The translations under genes and the position numbers were made by a program. Of a DNA stretch of 64,000 bases, positions 11,301 through 26,300 are shown piece after piece (positions within the stretch are counted from its first letter, which is position 1; each line of letters begins with the position of its first letter). The DNA lies in the NCBI GenBank assembly GCA_964234715.1, contig OZ174279.1; one strand, given 5' to 3'. The notes below the pieces were generated by a model. The model saw nothing but the letters and a program-made list of their open reading frames with translations, ran no database searches and was not told the origin of the DNA. The stretch is from Podarcis melisellensis (taxonomy: Eukaryota).

Positions 11301-14300
11301 AAACGCACATACCTTTCTGTATGCAAAGCTAGCTCTTAATCCCACCTTCCCTTTCTTCTCTTTTTTCACCCTTTGATATCTTCACTTCCCTGCCTCTCTC
11401 TCAGGGGCCTTTCATCATCTATCTGATACTTTCATGGGGGTGCATACTTTGCTCCCCTAATGTTTCCCCTAAGGAAGAAACCAAAAGCGTTCCTATCCCT
11501 TGAGGTCATCCTTATGGGCACTGGTCCATCACTGGTAGCCTGCAGCCTGCCTGGTTAGTAGAGTTCAGTTTGCTTGCCTCTTTGCAGCAACAGCTCATGC
11601 ACTCAAATGCTGAACGATTAGTATAAAATGTTAAACTTACAAGGCCATTCTATCTAATGAAGAGAAAAGCTTCCTGACCCTCTCTGGTATGAGGTCTGCA
11701 CACACTGGTTTGTATTGGACATGTGGCAGAGACTCTTTCTCCATCCCCTCTCCTGTCTCCATTCCACTCCATACTGTCATCAGAGATTCCAGTTTCCAGT
11801 CAGTCCGCTTGTCCTCAGCCAGACCTGAGCCTTGGCATACTTCTTGCTATATTGAGATAAATATTCAGCATAAAATGGACTCTGACTTGCTTTTTGATGT
11901 TTCTGTGCTTTCCGGTGCTTTTTAACATCTTGTTCTTCTTGAAAACTCCTTGCAACTTTAGAATGAAAGCACCAGAACTAGTCGCTGTGTTTCAGTTGCA
12001 CAGGAAAGTGCTGCTGTTAATCTCCCCCCCACCGCACCCACAACATTGGTTAATGCAGGAACTTCCCGTTCAGTAATGCTTCCCTGCAGACTAATATTTA
12101 GATCATATCCTGGTGTCATAGCCCCATAGTCTTTCACCTCCAGACTTCGAGGTTCAACACTGCTAATTTGTGTTTATGTAATTCTGTGGATCACATCTCA
12201 ATTTACTGCCAGTGCATTTTTCTTTTTCCTGGGTTTTAAATCTGATTGTGTATAATGATGAGTCTTACCTGCTAGGTGGTGATCACCCAACTTCCCTCCT
12301 TGCACAACAAAGAGAGGCATTCAACAAAGTTTTACTCAGGGTAGACCCGTTGAAGTGAATGAACCTGATTTAGTCACATTTGTTCATTTCAGTAGGTAAA
12401 ATTCAGTTGAATACCACCCAAAGTCACTACAGGTGGTTTAGACCACAGCACCACCCACGTCCCTTCAAGCCTGATAGTTTTACCTAAAACCTGGAGAAAC
12501 TGATATTCTCAGTCCCATATGTTTACAGGCTAGAACCAGCTGCTCAGTAGTAGGAGAAGAATACATAGGTGGGCCATTGGCCTGGTTTAGCGAGGCTCAT
12601 CTTAGGTGCTTATGTTTTTACCTGCTAGATCAGAGTGGGCAGAAGGCAGATCTAGCTTTACTGGTAGATCTTTGAGTGATTTGCAGTAGATCAGCAAGGG
12701 TTTCTGACTGCCAATTGTTTTGTGGTAGCGAAACAATCCCTTTTCTCCAAATTATGGTATATTGTGGAAATGAAACAAGCTTGGGATAGCTTGGTGTGAA
12801 TTTTTGTGTGGAAGGATCATAGGCTCAGAATTATTTAATGCTAAGCACATGTATTTTGCATTAGGCTCTGGGTGATGGATCTCAGGGTTCCAGTTAAAAT
12901 CAAGTAAACTTCACAAGCCTGAAGGTCTGGTCTGTTTTCTGCAGTTCCCAGGACACAGCATTTTCTCTTCAGAGCTGTTGAAGCTCAGAGGACATGTTTG
13001 CTAAGCATACAGTATGGCACCCCTTAGTGGTAAAGTGGGGTATTGCTTAACTTGGGCTGCAAAGGGGGGGAAAGTTTCTTTTCTATCAGCATAATGTTTA
13101 TTGAGCACTATAGCCCGTGGCACAAAATAAAAAGAGAGAAAGAAATTCCATATGTGATGTGCATAGAGTCATTCAAACGGGTTATAGCAGGAGAGCTTTA
13201 GAGAAGGACAGCTGGAGAAAATAGGGTCTCATCCTGGTAACATAGGCTACGGGTAGGAATTTCCAAAGAGATCTCAGTGTTTAGTGATGCACAAATGTCC
13301 AATAATGTAGGTGATGGTATATTCCCTCTTCCCCCTCCCCGCCACTGCTGACCCCTCTGTTCTTCTCCTCAGATCTTCTGACTCGCCTGATCCAGCGCCA
13401 GGTTAATTTCACAGATCCAGCAGCGTATAAAGAGGTGATTTATTTATTTATTTTGTATTGGGTCATGGAACTCAGAGGCTAGTGGGTGGCAGTTGGTGAA
13501 CCTGGACAGGGATGAAAAGGAAATGTTGGTGTGGTAGGCTCAGCAAACACCAAAAGGTTGACACTTCACCCAGAAGTCTAATGTGGTTAGATTCTGATAG
13601 GGACTCAGGGATGCATGATGGCCCCTCTTTCAGGAGAATGAAATTAAGATCAGCTGGGGCGTTGGAAGGAGAGTGCTAGGGAAGAAGTCCAGAAAAAACC
13701 CTGGTTTGGAGGATCAGACTAGGCCAAGCTTGCCTAGACAGTGCCATGCCTTCCCAGTACACTTTTGGTGCTAGCATGCGCTGTTTACATTATCCTGGGA
13801 GGCTAAGGAGGAAAGACCTTCTGAGGTCTGAGCTTCCACAGCCACATTGTTCATAGGGATTACTGGACCTGTGATTATGTGTGACTCTGGGTGGGAACTT
13901 TTGAAGCCCGTGTGCAAGACCTCAATGCCCTGTGCAAGCACACATATACCCTGATGACTAACAAGAGCAGCCTGATCCTTGCCAGGAATGCAGAAGCAGG
14001 GGTAGAAGCCTGCAAGCCCTGTACATGCGACTAGGTCACTACCTCTAGATGAGCAAAGTGGACTCCAGAATAAGAAACTTCATGTCCAGTACATGGCCAA
14101 GAAAACATTCTAATAAATCCAGATTGTTTTTGAAGAAGAACCATCAGTGGACACCTGGGGACCACCCTGTGCTGAGCCCTTCACCCTTTTATTTTGGGGC
14201 AGGCAGGTGTCATCGTCTTTGAATGATCATACTAGCTGACTACTGTGTCTGTTTGTTTTCTTCTTTCCTCCCCTCCCCATCTCTAGATGTTTGTATACCA

Positions 14301-17300
14301 AGCAGGTTTCCTCGTTTGCCTTGTCATTGGTCTTCTTTTCATCATCCTTGTGCCCCTAGTGGGTTTGTTCTTCTGCTGCTGCCGCTGCTGTGGGCACTGC
14401 GGTGGCTCCATGTACCAGAAGCAGGTGAAAAACACCAATTGCAAGAGGCGGACATTATTTGCATTCCTGCTAGCTGTCTCTACCGTTCTCGTGTGAGTTG
14501 AGTACTATACTGAGCACCAACAAACAGGGCGGGAGTGGGTTATTGCTGTGACTAGTTCAGCAAGGAGTTTATTCCAATCTGTCTACATTGCCCATTCAGC
14601 AGTAGTGGACAGCATGGTGAGGCTATGCTGCTCACCTGACTTCCCTCTGGCTGAGTCAGTGCAGCATACTGCGACAGAGTGGCTGAGGGATGAGGTTAAA
14701 GGTAAAGGGACCCCTGGCCAACTCTGGGGTTGCGGCGCTCATCTTGCTTTATTGGCCGAGGGAGCTGGCGTACAGCTTCCGAGTCATGACTAAGCCGCTT
14801 CTGGCGAACCAGAGCAGCGCACAGAAACACTGTTTACCTTCCCGCCGGAGCGCTACCTATTTATCTACTTGCACTTTGATATGCTTTCGAACTGCTAGGT
14901 TGGCAGGAGCTGGGACCGAGCAACGAGAGCTCACCCCGTCGTGGGGATTCGAACCGCCGACCTTCTGATCAGCAAGTCCTAGGCTCTGTGGTTTAACCCA
15001 CAGCGCCACCCGCACCCCTTGAGGGATGAGGTTGGTGCAGTGCAAATGCACCAGTGGAGCCAATCTAGTGCTTCTGCCAGCATGCTTGCAACATGCTGAC
15101 CTTACCTCCCACCCTCCATCCTGGTAACTCAGCTGGACAGGAGGTCAGGTGATGGAGCAGCCCCCAACTATACAGCTACTGCCATTCGGACCCAATTTCA
15201 AGCAAGATGCACCTGCTTAGCTGTCTGATATGCATTGGCTTGTCTCACTTGCATGTACAGTTTGTAGGCCAGGTGGGCACTTCTCTTATGTGCTGATGTC
15301 GTACACATAGTGGCTGCAGGTCTAGTTTAAATGAGACAATTTATTTGTCTACTTGGCATCACTTTTAAGTCTGCCCACAGCCTTTTATGATGGTCTTGTG
15401 CAAAGGAATGGCTTCCTGGAGCTGAGGGAGGATGGGATGGTCCCTGCAGGGAAGCCCAACAGGAAATTGCACTGTGCGTGTAAGCTACTTCTATTGTGTG
15501 AAATGAAAAGTTGAGGTTAGTAGCTCTGGCAACAGAGATGGAGTTTCCAAACCTTTGGGGAGCTGGGAGATCAGCCACTAGAGACGTTTAGCAGTGCAGT
15601 ATGATAAAAGTAGGCCTTAATTCTTGCCAGTTCTCAAGCAAGTATATCTCCTCACTGAACAACTACAGAGTTACATTGGAGTTCAGGGGAAATGATGAAT
15701 GACACTATTTCCAGTCAGACTTGACCTCCAGCATCACTGTTCCTATCAATTCAGCACATGGTTCAAGTCTGAGCAGCCGGTCACCAATTTTCTGCCAGAA
15801 CAACTTGAGGCACATGAGCATAAATGTGTGAAGGGAGACGCCCAGGAGCCTTCTGTGGCATGGCTGGCTGCTTAGGAACCAGAGCATGGCTGGCTTTTAC
15901 TCTGGAGCATGCCATCACAGGCACAAGCAACTGCCAGAGCCCTTTCTGCACCATTTGTCCTTGCACTAGTTCTACGGAGGTTCTTGCAGACCCGAGGGAA
16001 CCCAGGGCGCCTATGAAGTGCTGAATTATTTCAGTATCATAAAGTTGGAATGGATCTAAAAGTGACCTGGATTAACCTCTGACCAGGGGCAAGGGGAGTG
16101 CATCCACCAGGCACCCCCAAAATAAACCTATACATTCAAGATTACAATGTGTTGCAAGCACAGAGTGGGTACTACAGAGTAAATAGTTGGAGACGAATCA
16201 CACAGACATGCAAGTCACATGCTGCAGTTTTACTGCTGCCTTTGGGAGGTACTAGTAGGTCTCCATGACCTGCTCACATTGCCTATGCTGTATCCCCCAT
16301 TTGCTCCCCCCCAAAATGGCACAATGTCAATCAAGACACTTCATAGATAAGTCACAACTTTGTTGGTACCCATTGTTATGCTTTTTGACTGGTTGCATGA
16401 TATTACTAGCTTTTCCTCTTTGAGGAGAAGCAACTTCAGTATGAAGAGTTGTCCTCTCAACTCTGCCTGCTTCCTTCACTGCAGGGCTGGAGATATTTGT
16501 GCGTATGTCAGCAACCGTCAGATATCACAAGGAATCAGTGGAGGCTTTGTCACTTTGAACAATACGATGGACAACCTGTTCATGTTCCTGAACTCTATCC
16601 CTAAGGTATATAGTCTATAAGCTGTATTGTGCACCTTCCCCTGCTTCCTTTCTGCAGGCAGGTGTCTTTTGTATTGTCCTCCTATCCTCCATGCATGATC
16701 GCTTCTCCTGCCCTGCCTACATAGTCAGGTGTTCTTCTTCCTCTTGCTCTGCTTGTTTCCTACACCAGCCTCCAAATGCCTTGCCCTGTTTCCCAGAAAT
16801 GCACCTCTGTATCCCTACCTCCAACCTCCAATGATCTACTTCTTATGAGCATCATTGCACTGTTTAGCGGCCATTATCCCACTGACATGCCCTAAATCTG
16901 CACTTTCAACACTTCAGTGGCCATGGCAAACTATTTAGCCACTATCAGTTAGCAAGGGAAACTGGATCAGATGATACCTGAGGAAGAATCCTGTGCCAGG
17001 AATAGAGGTCAATGGCTTTTCAAGCACAGGTACAGGGCTACAGGGGTCATCTTGGTAGTTTTGGACTTCAGTGCCTTCTCAGGCACCGGTTTTCCATATC
17101 TGCTTTGATTAGGATATAAAAATATAGCAGCACAAACTGTTCATAGTACTGGAAGGCACAAACATGCTTTGCTGTTAACACAGAATTATCAAAATGGTGC
17201 TGATCTACATTGTTTACCAAGGTATATTGGTTTAATGGTACAGTGGTGCCTCGCAAGACGAAATTAATCCGTTCCGTGAGGCTCTTTGTATAGCGGTTTT

Positions 17301-20300
17301 TTCGTCTTGTGAAGCAAGCCCATTGACAGCTTAGCGGATTAGTGCTATTAGCGGTTTAGCAGCTTTTAGCGATCAGCTGTTAAGCGGCTTATCAGCGGAT
17401 CAGCTGATAAGCGGCTTAGCGGCTTAGGAAAAGGGGGGGAAAGGGAAAAAAACCTGCAGGAACTCGCAAGACATTTTCGTCTTGCGAAGCAAGCCCATAA
17501 AGAAATTCGTTTTGTGAAGCGCCTCCAAAACGGAAAACCCTTTCGTCTAGCGGGTTTTCTGTCTTGCAAGGCGTTCGTCTTGCGGGGCACCACTGTACCT
17601 CCCACTGAAGGCAGCTCCCACAAGAAACACAGGGACCAATATATCATGCCATGCTAACTTCTTAGAGCTCTTTCTGAATAGTGAATTAAATTGTTCTTTG
17701 GGAAACCATTTGCAAAACCTCCATGTGCCTGAAATATCTTTTTAACCCATGCTTAACCATGGGGATTGGCAGGAGCTGGTCTGGATAGAAACACCCACCA
17801 TACCTGGAGGCAAAATAACTGCAGTTGTGTTCCCAGTCCACAAAATGTTGGGTTGGTTGTGGCTTCAGTGTCTCTTCACCTGCAGATTAGATGGTAGTCA
17901 ATTTTGTATGTTCAGCTCCTCAATTTTTTTGCAAATAGTATTTGCCTCTATGGTGGAAGACACTCGTGACCACTTACTTTTAAGCTGTGATCCATCATGA
18001 AGTTCCACATATATTTTTGCAGGACAAACGTAAGTGTGTTTATGTCAAAATTGGTGCTCAAAGGGGACTGATTTCCCAGTAAGAGTACACAGGATGGTAG
18101 TCTTTAGGGCTTATTTTGTAGACTTTCTACACAATATTTATTTATTTAGGCTATTTATATAATGCTATTTCATAGAAAACAGACATCAATTAAATCAAAC
18201 ATCAATTAAGTATTGTGGAAAGATGTATTCTAAATGGCAGTGATTCAGGAGTTCAAAGAAACCTTTTCAACTGGATTGGTGTAAAACTGGGGAGTGAGAC
18301 AATGCGGAAGCAATGCACTTCAGTACAATGGACACTTTTGAGTCCTCTGTGTTCAAGCAATGCACATCATGCTGTTGTCCTTATAATTTCATATACCTGA
18401 CCATAAATATGTTCAGGATCTTGATCCTGCTTGCTGCCCCCTCCCCTGCAGAGCATACTGTATTTCATCACTTTCCTGGTTCTTCACAGGAGATTAATGA
18501 CATCATTGACTCCAGTTCGGTGCCACTGAAGCAAGCCAATCAGAGCCTGCAAGGTCAGTTTCTGCCACTGGCCACAATCTGTGTTGTCTAAATCTTGAGG
18601 GAGGGAGGCAAAAAAAGCAGGCCTCAAGCTTGTAAATCAACTGAAATTACCCAGTCTCATTGGTGGAGGTGTAGTCAAGGAGCAAGCCAGGAGTCAGGGT
18701 CAAAGAGCAGGCCACAACTGGAGGAGAAACCAAGAGTTTGGGAGTCAGAAATGGAGGACAAACTAGCTGGCATGAACAAAGAAGAATGAAGGATTCAGGG
18801 AACACACCAGTGCTCAGGAAGACTTTGTTGCTCAAGCAAGGCTCAGCTGAAATGGGTAGCCTTTTATATTTCTTCCTGCTCAGGAAGATCCAGTGTCCAG
18901 CCATGGTGGGTAGAGTCAGACCAGTACTGGAAGGGTCTTCACCAAGAAGATGTTCACCTGAAGCTCAGTGCTCTACCACACAAGACAGCTGCATACAGAC
19001 CCAGCATTTCCTGAGAATTAGAAGTCTGCCCCAAAGTTCAGTGGTCATCTGCAGAATTCCTTCCTATACCCTTGTGGCCTGCTTCAGCCACGCAGTCATC
19101 ACTGAGTTCTGATCCTACTGTAGAACGTTGGTTTATACCCAAAGCATTGCCCATTATCCCTTTATCATTCAAGGAGATCTCAATGTCCATAAACCATTTT
19201 TTCTGACATTTGGTATGTGACATAATAGTGGGAAGCATTCTTGTTGATCCTCTTGTTCTGATGTTTTCTCTGCAGAGATTGGGCAGACTTTGGGAGACAA
19301 GATCAAGAATCAAATAGGTGGACGAGTAAACGAAGCACTGGGTGATGCTGAACATCTTCTCAATGGTACTGACCTACTGTGTAATGAAGAGTGTGTTGTG
19401 GGATCTAGTAGTAGAGATGGAGGCCCAGAAAGTGTGTCTCTTTAACTGTGGCACAGGGCGAGGCAAAGGTGCTCAGAGGACAAAGAAGGTTTAGAGCATG
19501 GGTCAGGAATTTTTGGCCCTCCAGATGTTGTTGGGACTCCAACTCCCATCAGCCACAGCCAGCATGGCTAATGATCAGGGCTGATGGGAACTGCAGTCCA
19601 GCAACTTCTGGAGGGTCAAAGGATAGCCAGCCCCTGCTTGGGAGAAAAGTGCTTGTTGCTGTAGTTCATTATCCTGAATTTGATTTGTTTGTTTAAAGCA
19701 TTGTTTTGTTTTGTTTATGTATTTACCCCTCGTTATGTGACTGCTTTAATATGTGGAACTGGCAATATTATAGGTCCTGTATAGTATTTGTTCTGCATTT
19801 GTAAGAAATGGATCTTGTAGTGTGGCAGCCCCCACACTTCAGAACTCCTTGCCTATTGACATCAGGCAGGCACCTACATTGTGCTCTTTTTGGCACCTGC
19901 TTAAAACATTTTTGTTTAGGTAAGCCTATCCAGATATGTTGAATGTTGACAGGGGTTTTACTCTGGTTTTTAGCTTTTTGTGTGTGTGTGTGTGTGCGCG
20001 CATATATATACATACACACACACACACACACACACACATACATACTGATAATTTCAGTGTTTTATATCTTTGTTAACTTTCTTTTTACATTCAAGTGCCA
20101 TATAAATTTTACAAAAGAAATGAATTGCATTTGATTTATTCATTGAGGTCCAGCTCTGAGGGCCTTCTGGTGGTTCCCTCCCTGTAAAGTTACAGGGAAC
20201 CAGGCAGAAAGGGCCTTCTCGGTAGTGGCGCTTGCCCTGTGCAATGCCATCCTGTCAGATGTAAAAGAGATAAATAATTATTTGACCTTCCATAGACATC

Positions 20301-23300
20301 TGAAGGCAGCCCAGGAAGCTTTCAGTGTGTGGTGTTCTGTTGTGTTCTTATTTATTCTGTTGGAAGCCACCCAGAGTGGCTGGGGCAACGAACTCAGATG
20401 GGTGGGGTACACAAATTTATTTAGTTTTATTTTATTTCATAAAACATATGCACCACTTGATTCCCTTGTGCTAAAAACTATCTGTCACCGGGGTGGAGAT
20501 TGCAAAGTTCCTCCTCACTCTTTTTCTCTGCCCATTGCAGTGATTAGCCTTGTGGAAAAAGAGCTCCGGGCAGTCAATGAGTCAACAAATCACTTGCGGG
20601 ACCTTCAGGAACAGCTGAACCAAAACCTGACCGTCTTGAGAACTGATATCAACCAGACTTTGAAAGAGTGTGGTGCACCTTGCAAGGATGTGCGAGTGCC
20701 GAACCTGGAGCCTGGGGCCAATCTCAGTGCGGTAAAATGGGGTTGGAGCACAGAGAACTTTGGGAAAGGGATGGTGGGTTTTTAGAGAACATGGGAAGAA
20801 GACCACTTTCAGGATAAGTGGGCTTAGCTAATTGAGTGATACTACTGAGACAAAGGCTAAAGCCAGTGTCAGGTGGTGCAATAGATGTCAGGGTGGAATC
20901 TCAGCTGAGGGCTGGCTACAGTGTTGGAGCGTGTCTACAAGATGCCCATGGATGTGTTTGTCTGGTCTTGTGAGCATGTAAACATACAAATGTCTTAGTG
21001 GACGCCACGTTGCTCTTACCTGTGTCAGTGTAAACATTTGAGTGAAACACAAAGATTCCTACCCCTCCCAGAACACAATGCATCATCACTTTAATTTCTT
21101 ATACATAGATAAATTGTCCCTTTATCTGTTCCCACAGGTTCCAGATGTCAGCCGCCCACTCCAGCTGTTGACCAATCTGACAGACTCAAACCCTCAGGAC
21201 ACCATTGCAAAGGTAACATCCTTCCCTCCATCCATCTTTTCTCTCTCCTCCGCTATCAGAGTGTGCCACACAGAGCAGGCTTTCTGAGTGCCCATGCCAG
21301 GTGTCAGTGTGCCAGGGACGGCCTGTCTAGGAGAGGCTGTGCAGTAGGAGCAGAGCCACAGACTGAGCCTAGCAGCATAAATCATAGCCTTGGGCCACAG
21401 GGCTCAAACCATCAATGCCTGTATCCCATTCTCAGAAGGTATTGTTAGCCCACTTCCTCTTTGGAATCAGCACGTATTGCAATGCCTTTTTGATTCACAT
21501 TGCTTTGCCCTTTGTTCAACACTATAAGAGCATATGTGATTCTGAGATCTCTGTGTTGTTTGTCTTTTGTTTCCATTTGCATATGTCTTTATTCTGGGTT
21601 CTGGCACTGGCAGGCAAGGCAAGTTCTGGCTGATATTCCAAAGAAGGTGTCTGAACAAACAAAAAAGGTGGTGTCTGGTAAGTGGTTTCAGCAGATAAAT
21701 AAAGTTGTGTGTATTCTCATTTCAAGAACCAGTTGAAAGGCTGTGGTTACACTTATAATGTTCTCAGAAACTAGAGGTCAGCTGCCAAATATCTGTTTGA
21801 TCAGTTCACATTAATATGTGGAATTTATTCAAGTCTTAGCTCTCAGTCATTCAATATAACGGTTTACAGTTATGCAATAGTGCGGCCTTTTCTTTGTTTA
21901 GAAATTGTTATTCTACAAATATACTTTCTACATAGTAACTGGAGTTCACACCCAACAGTCTCTCACATGTGCATGTTTAAGCAACATGGCATTTCCTGTC
22001 CTGAAGCTGCAATTACAGCTACCTAGGTGTGGATGCATGGAGTGACAGGTGTGTGTTAATCATATGTGAACATATGAAGCTCTTGTTCTACAGTCAAATC
22101 AATGGTCTGTCCAGCCCAGCACTGTCGACTCTGATTCACGGTAGTTCTACAAATTCCACTTGAGATCCCTTAATTGGAGATGCTGAGGAATTCAGTCTAG
22201 GACCTTGGTCATGCATTCACTCTTATCACTGAGCTACAAGATGTCCCAAAACATTTAAAAAACATATGTCCTCCTATGGACCAATGCCACATACACACTG
22301 TTGTTTAGAGGACATGGCTAGTCTGCACATTCTTGCTAGCTCCTCCATTTATTAGGCATCAGTGGGGCTCATTCAGGGCTGTCTTAAGCATATGTGGCAC
22401 TCGGGTACAAAGATCTGCCTGGCGCCCCCCCCCAGTTGCCCAGTCCCAGGGGCTCAGGAGGACAGAGCCGGCCACCCACCTCAGCATCTTACTGGCTTGG
22501 TCACCCCCGAACTCGTGGTGCAGAGCCACCTGCAGCAGAAGAGCCTACCGCGGTGCTCCGACCGATGGACGGGCTCTTCCCCGGACTCAGCTCTCGGATC
22601 CCGGACTCTCAGCCTGGTGCCCCTGAGAGCCCGGCACCCATGTGCCCCGCACCCCTAGTGCCTATGGGTAAGACAGCCTTGGGCTTAGTGGAGCTGGATG
22701 TTTCCCTTCTCCCAATCCACAGCTTTCCTTGTCCTTCCTGCTTTGTCTTCCATAACTTGAACTGAATGAAGGATGGGCAGCCAGAAATGAAGGAGGCATG
22801 AGATTTGCTGAGGTGTGTGAATGGTTCTTCCTTGGAGAGCTAATAGGCAATTGGGCATAAAATGCTACATATCCAGAACACATAGCAAGTGGCTGCCCTG
22901 TGGTAAGATGCTCTCTGCCATAGTGAACAAAGTATATTTGTTTATCTGTGTATCTTTTGGTCCTTGCAGAAGGAGAGGCTCGCCTCCGTGATGTCGAGCA
23001 AGCGATTGAAGATAGCCGTAGCAACTTTTCCACACTGAGCAGAATGGAGAATATCTCTCAGTCCATGAAAGATGTTGTCAGTTGGGCAAATACCTATGAG
23101 CTGGATATTGTCACCTATGATAGCTACAGGTATGAATTAAAGTGTTCTTAGAGTATTGTAAGCTCGGGAAATCCCTTAGGTTAGCTTAAGCCACGGTAGG
23201 TCCTGTGTTGGGTGAAATGTTGATCCCCTGTCCCTCCTGACTATGAGTGGTCATATGTTATCAAAATGGCAGCTGTAGGAAATGGGATTAGAATGGCAGC

Positions 23301-26300
23301 CTAAACGAAGGGCTAAAAGCTTTCTGGCCACTATTTTGGAAGCCTCTGATGTGCAGTTTCATGTCACACGGATGGTTTCCCACAGCATTTTTGGACAGGG
23401 CACCACATCTAATCTGCAGTAGTATGAAAATTAAAATCCTTGTCTTCCAATTTGGTTAATTGGCCCAGCTAGCACTTGTTTTTCTTCAGTGCTATACCAC
23501 TGTTCATAACCTAGGCTTGGATGGGATCTCATGTTTTCTAATTTGCTTCTTCTTGTTGCCAGGGCTTTGATGCACATGCCAGCAGAGTACAGTCTTGTTG
23601 ATGCTGGTTTTTAGCAGAGATCAAACCCATTACCAGGTTTTGACTCCTTCCTTCCTTTAGCCATTGTCTTCTGTTGGAGTCTTAACTGTTTTCCTTTTCC
23701 TTACTTTAGGTGGATTGCTGGCCTTTGCCTCTGCTCTCTGGTGCTCGTGATCATTGTATTCAACGTGCTGGGCCTGTTGTTTGGGGCACTTGGGCTAAAC
23801 CCGCGAGAGATGCCTACCAAACGGGGCTGCCTCGCAAACACTGGGGGAGACCTCCTCATGGCGTAAGAGACTTTGCACCTTCTCCCATCTCATGACAGAG
23901 AGTCATCCAATAAGTCAAAGGAATGTAGGAAGCTGCTGCTGCATCCCATGTCAGGCCCTTGGTTCATCTAGCACAGCACCATCAATGCTGACTGGCAGTG
24001 GCTTTCCAGAGCTTCAGCTAGAAGTCCTTCCAAGCCCTACTTGGAGATGCCAGGGATTCATCCTGGAACCTTCTGCATGCAAAACTCATGTTCTGTTACC
24101 TTATTACCCTTCCTGATGATTGCTAAATGTTGCCAAGCTGCGTTATGGCGTAGCAAATGTGAGAGCATGGGTGGCAGGACTCAGGAGGCAGCTGTAGATC
24201 TTTATATGTATTGCTGGTTGCCTGATTCCCCAGCTCTCTGGGAGCTATTCTATGGAGGGTTTCCCCATACACAATCTGTTTTGTGTACAGGCTCCTACTA
24301 GAGAAAGCTAGGGTGGGAATGTCCTTAAGTATCCAGAAATGCAGCGTTACTGGCAGATTGGCACAGTGCAGAGCCATGCCCCCTGAGTATTTTGGCACCC
24401 TGACCTTGTCCTGGACTTTCCCATGGACCTCTGGCTGTTCCTTATGTTTATCTGCTGGATTGTGTGTCAGAATGAATGGAAGGGTTGCCTGGGGCAAATG
24501 TGCAAGGGCTCCGACAGCTGCTCTTCAGCGAAATCCCAGACCTCCAATCATGTTTTCCCTTCTCTGACAGGAGCGTTGGGTTCAGCTTCATATTTTCATG
24601 GCTGCTGATGCTGCTGGTTCTACTGACATTTTTAGTTGGGGGAAGTATGTACACAGTGGTGTGTCGGCCATGGGCCGATGGGCGTCTCCTTCAGGTAAGT
24701 CCCTTGGGCTACCATGAGTATTCTTTGATACTGCTGAGTGCCGTCTGCAGTGGAACAAGGGGGGAAATAATGTGGGCGAGGAGAGAAGTGAGTCACGGTT
24801 TCCCTTAACACCAGACTAGAACCCACACACTGTAACCTTAGATTCTTATCCTGGGATCCCATCTCTCCCCCTTGTCAATCATTATCATTTTGGCATGGAA
24901 ATTGCTGAAGTAGGCATGAGACAGCCAGGCAATCCCACAATCTGCAGAGGAGGAAATCGCAGGGAGAGGGAAATACTGAAGATGTTGTTTTGAGTTGAGA
25001 GGCTAAGAATCTAATGAATGACTATTTTCTTCTAGTTTCTGGACACACCAGGGCTGTTCCCTGAATTCAACCTGACACAGCTCTTGCATTTGAAGAGTTC
25101 TGATGTGAACCTCTCCAGCCTGTACAAGTGAGTGGCTGCCTGGCTAGATTCCTCCATGGCTTCCTGCCTACTGTGACTTTGGTCCTCAGCTTCCCCCAAA
25201 GGGAGAGAGACTCTTGAGAGTAGGGTGGGAACTGCAGGCTGATAGAGTCAGGCATGCAGTGTATGGGAGTAGGGAAAAGTAAGTTCCACCCACTTGCCAA
25301 CATGCAATGTCAGGATACCATGCGCAGCCATGCCAGGGGGCCCTGGTGCAGAGAAGTTTTAATTTATTTATTTTTAGTTTTTTTCAGATTTTGAAATTTG
25401 CAAACAATTATCAAACAACCAACATAGAGAATTCTTTTCCCTTACATTTCCAGCATGTATTTGACCTTGTTTTATACAAGCTAGTTTACTAGGGGTTAAA
25501 TACCAATGATACATCAATTTCATATAATTTTCTTTCAACGTATAACATGTCCAAAGTCCTTGCCCAGCATAGACAGGAAGTTTCATAATACAGTCGTACC
25601 TTGGAAGTCAAACGGAATCCGTTCCAGAAGTCGGTTTGACTTCCAAAACATTCGGAAACCAAAGTGTGGCTTGAAGCCATGGAAGCCCCGTCGGACGTTT
25701 GGGTTCCAAAGAACGTTCGCAAACTGGAATACTTGCTTCCGGGTTTCCAGCATTTGGGAGCCAAAACATCCAAGTACCAAGGTGTTCAGGATCCAATTTG
25801 TCTGTATAATCTTAAATGTAGTGCGGAGAAGTCTTTCCCTGACCCACAACTTCTCCATTCTGCCAAGAGTTTGCTAGAATAACAGCCTGAATCATGCTTT
25901 TCTTTCTCTGAGGTACCTTTCAGCCTGATCACTGTGCTTCTTAGTCCTGCTATTTCCCCTCAGTTCTTGCCCCCATACTGAGCTTATGTCACCAGCAACC
26001 CCATTGCCCCCTGGAATAAGAGTTAAACTACATGATTGGAAAGCTTGATTGCATGGTGATGCTGTTTCCCCAGTTTATGTTTGACATAGCATAGTGTATG
26101 CTGGTCTCTTAGCTCGGTTTTCACTCTTGCAGGAACTGTGAAAACAATGCCCCCTTGTGGAGCACCCTTCACCTGGGTGAGGTCATCCCTCTGGATGAGA
26201 TCCTAAACACCAGCAAGGTCAGTGATGAGTGTCTGTAGGTGAATTGAGACAGCCACAAGAGAAATTAAATGACCAGCAAGATTAGTGTCCTCAGATATGC

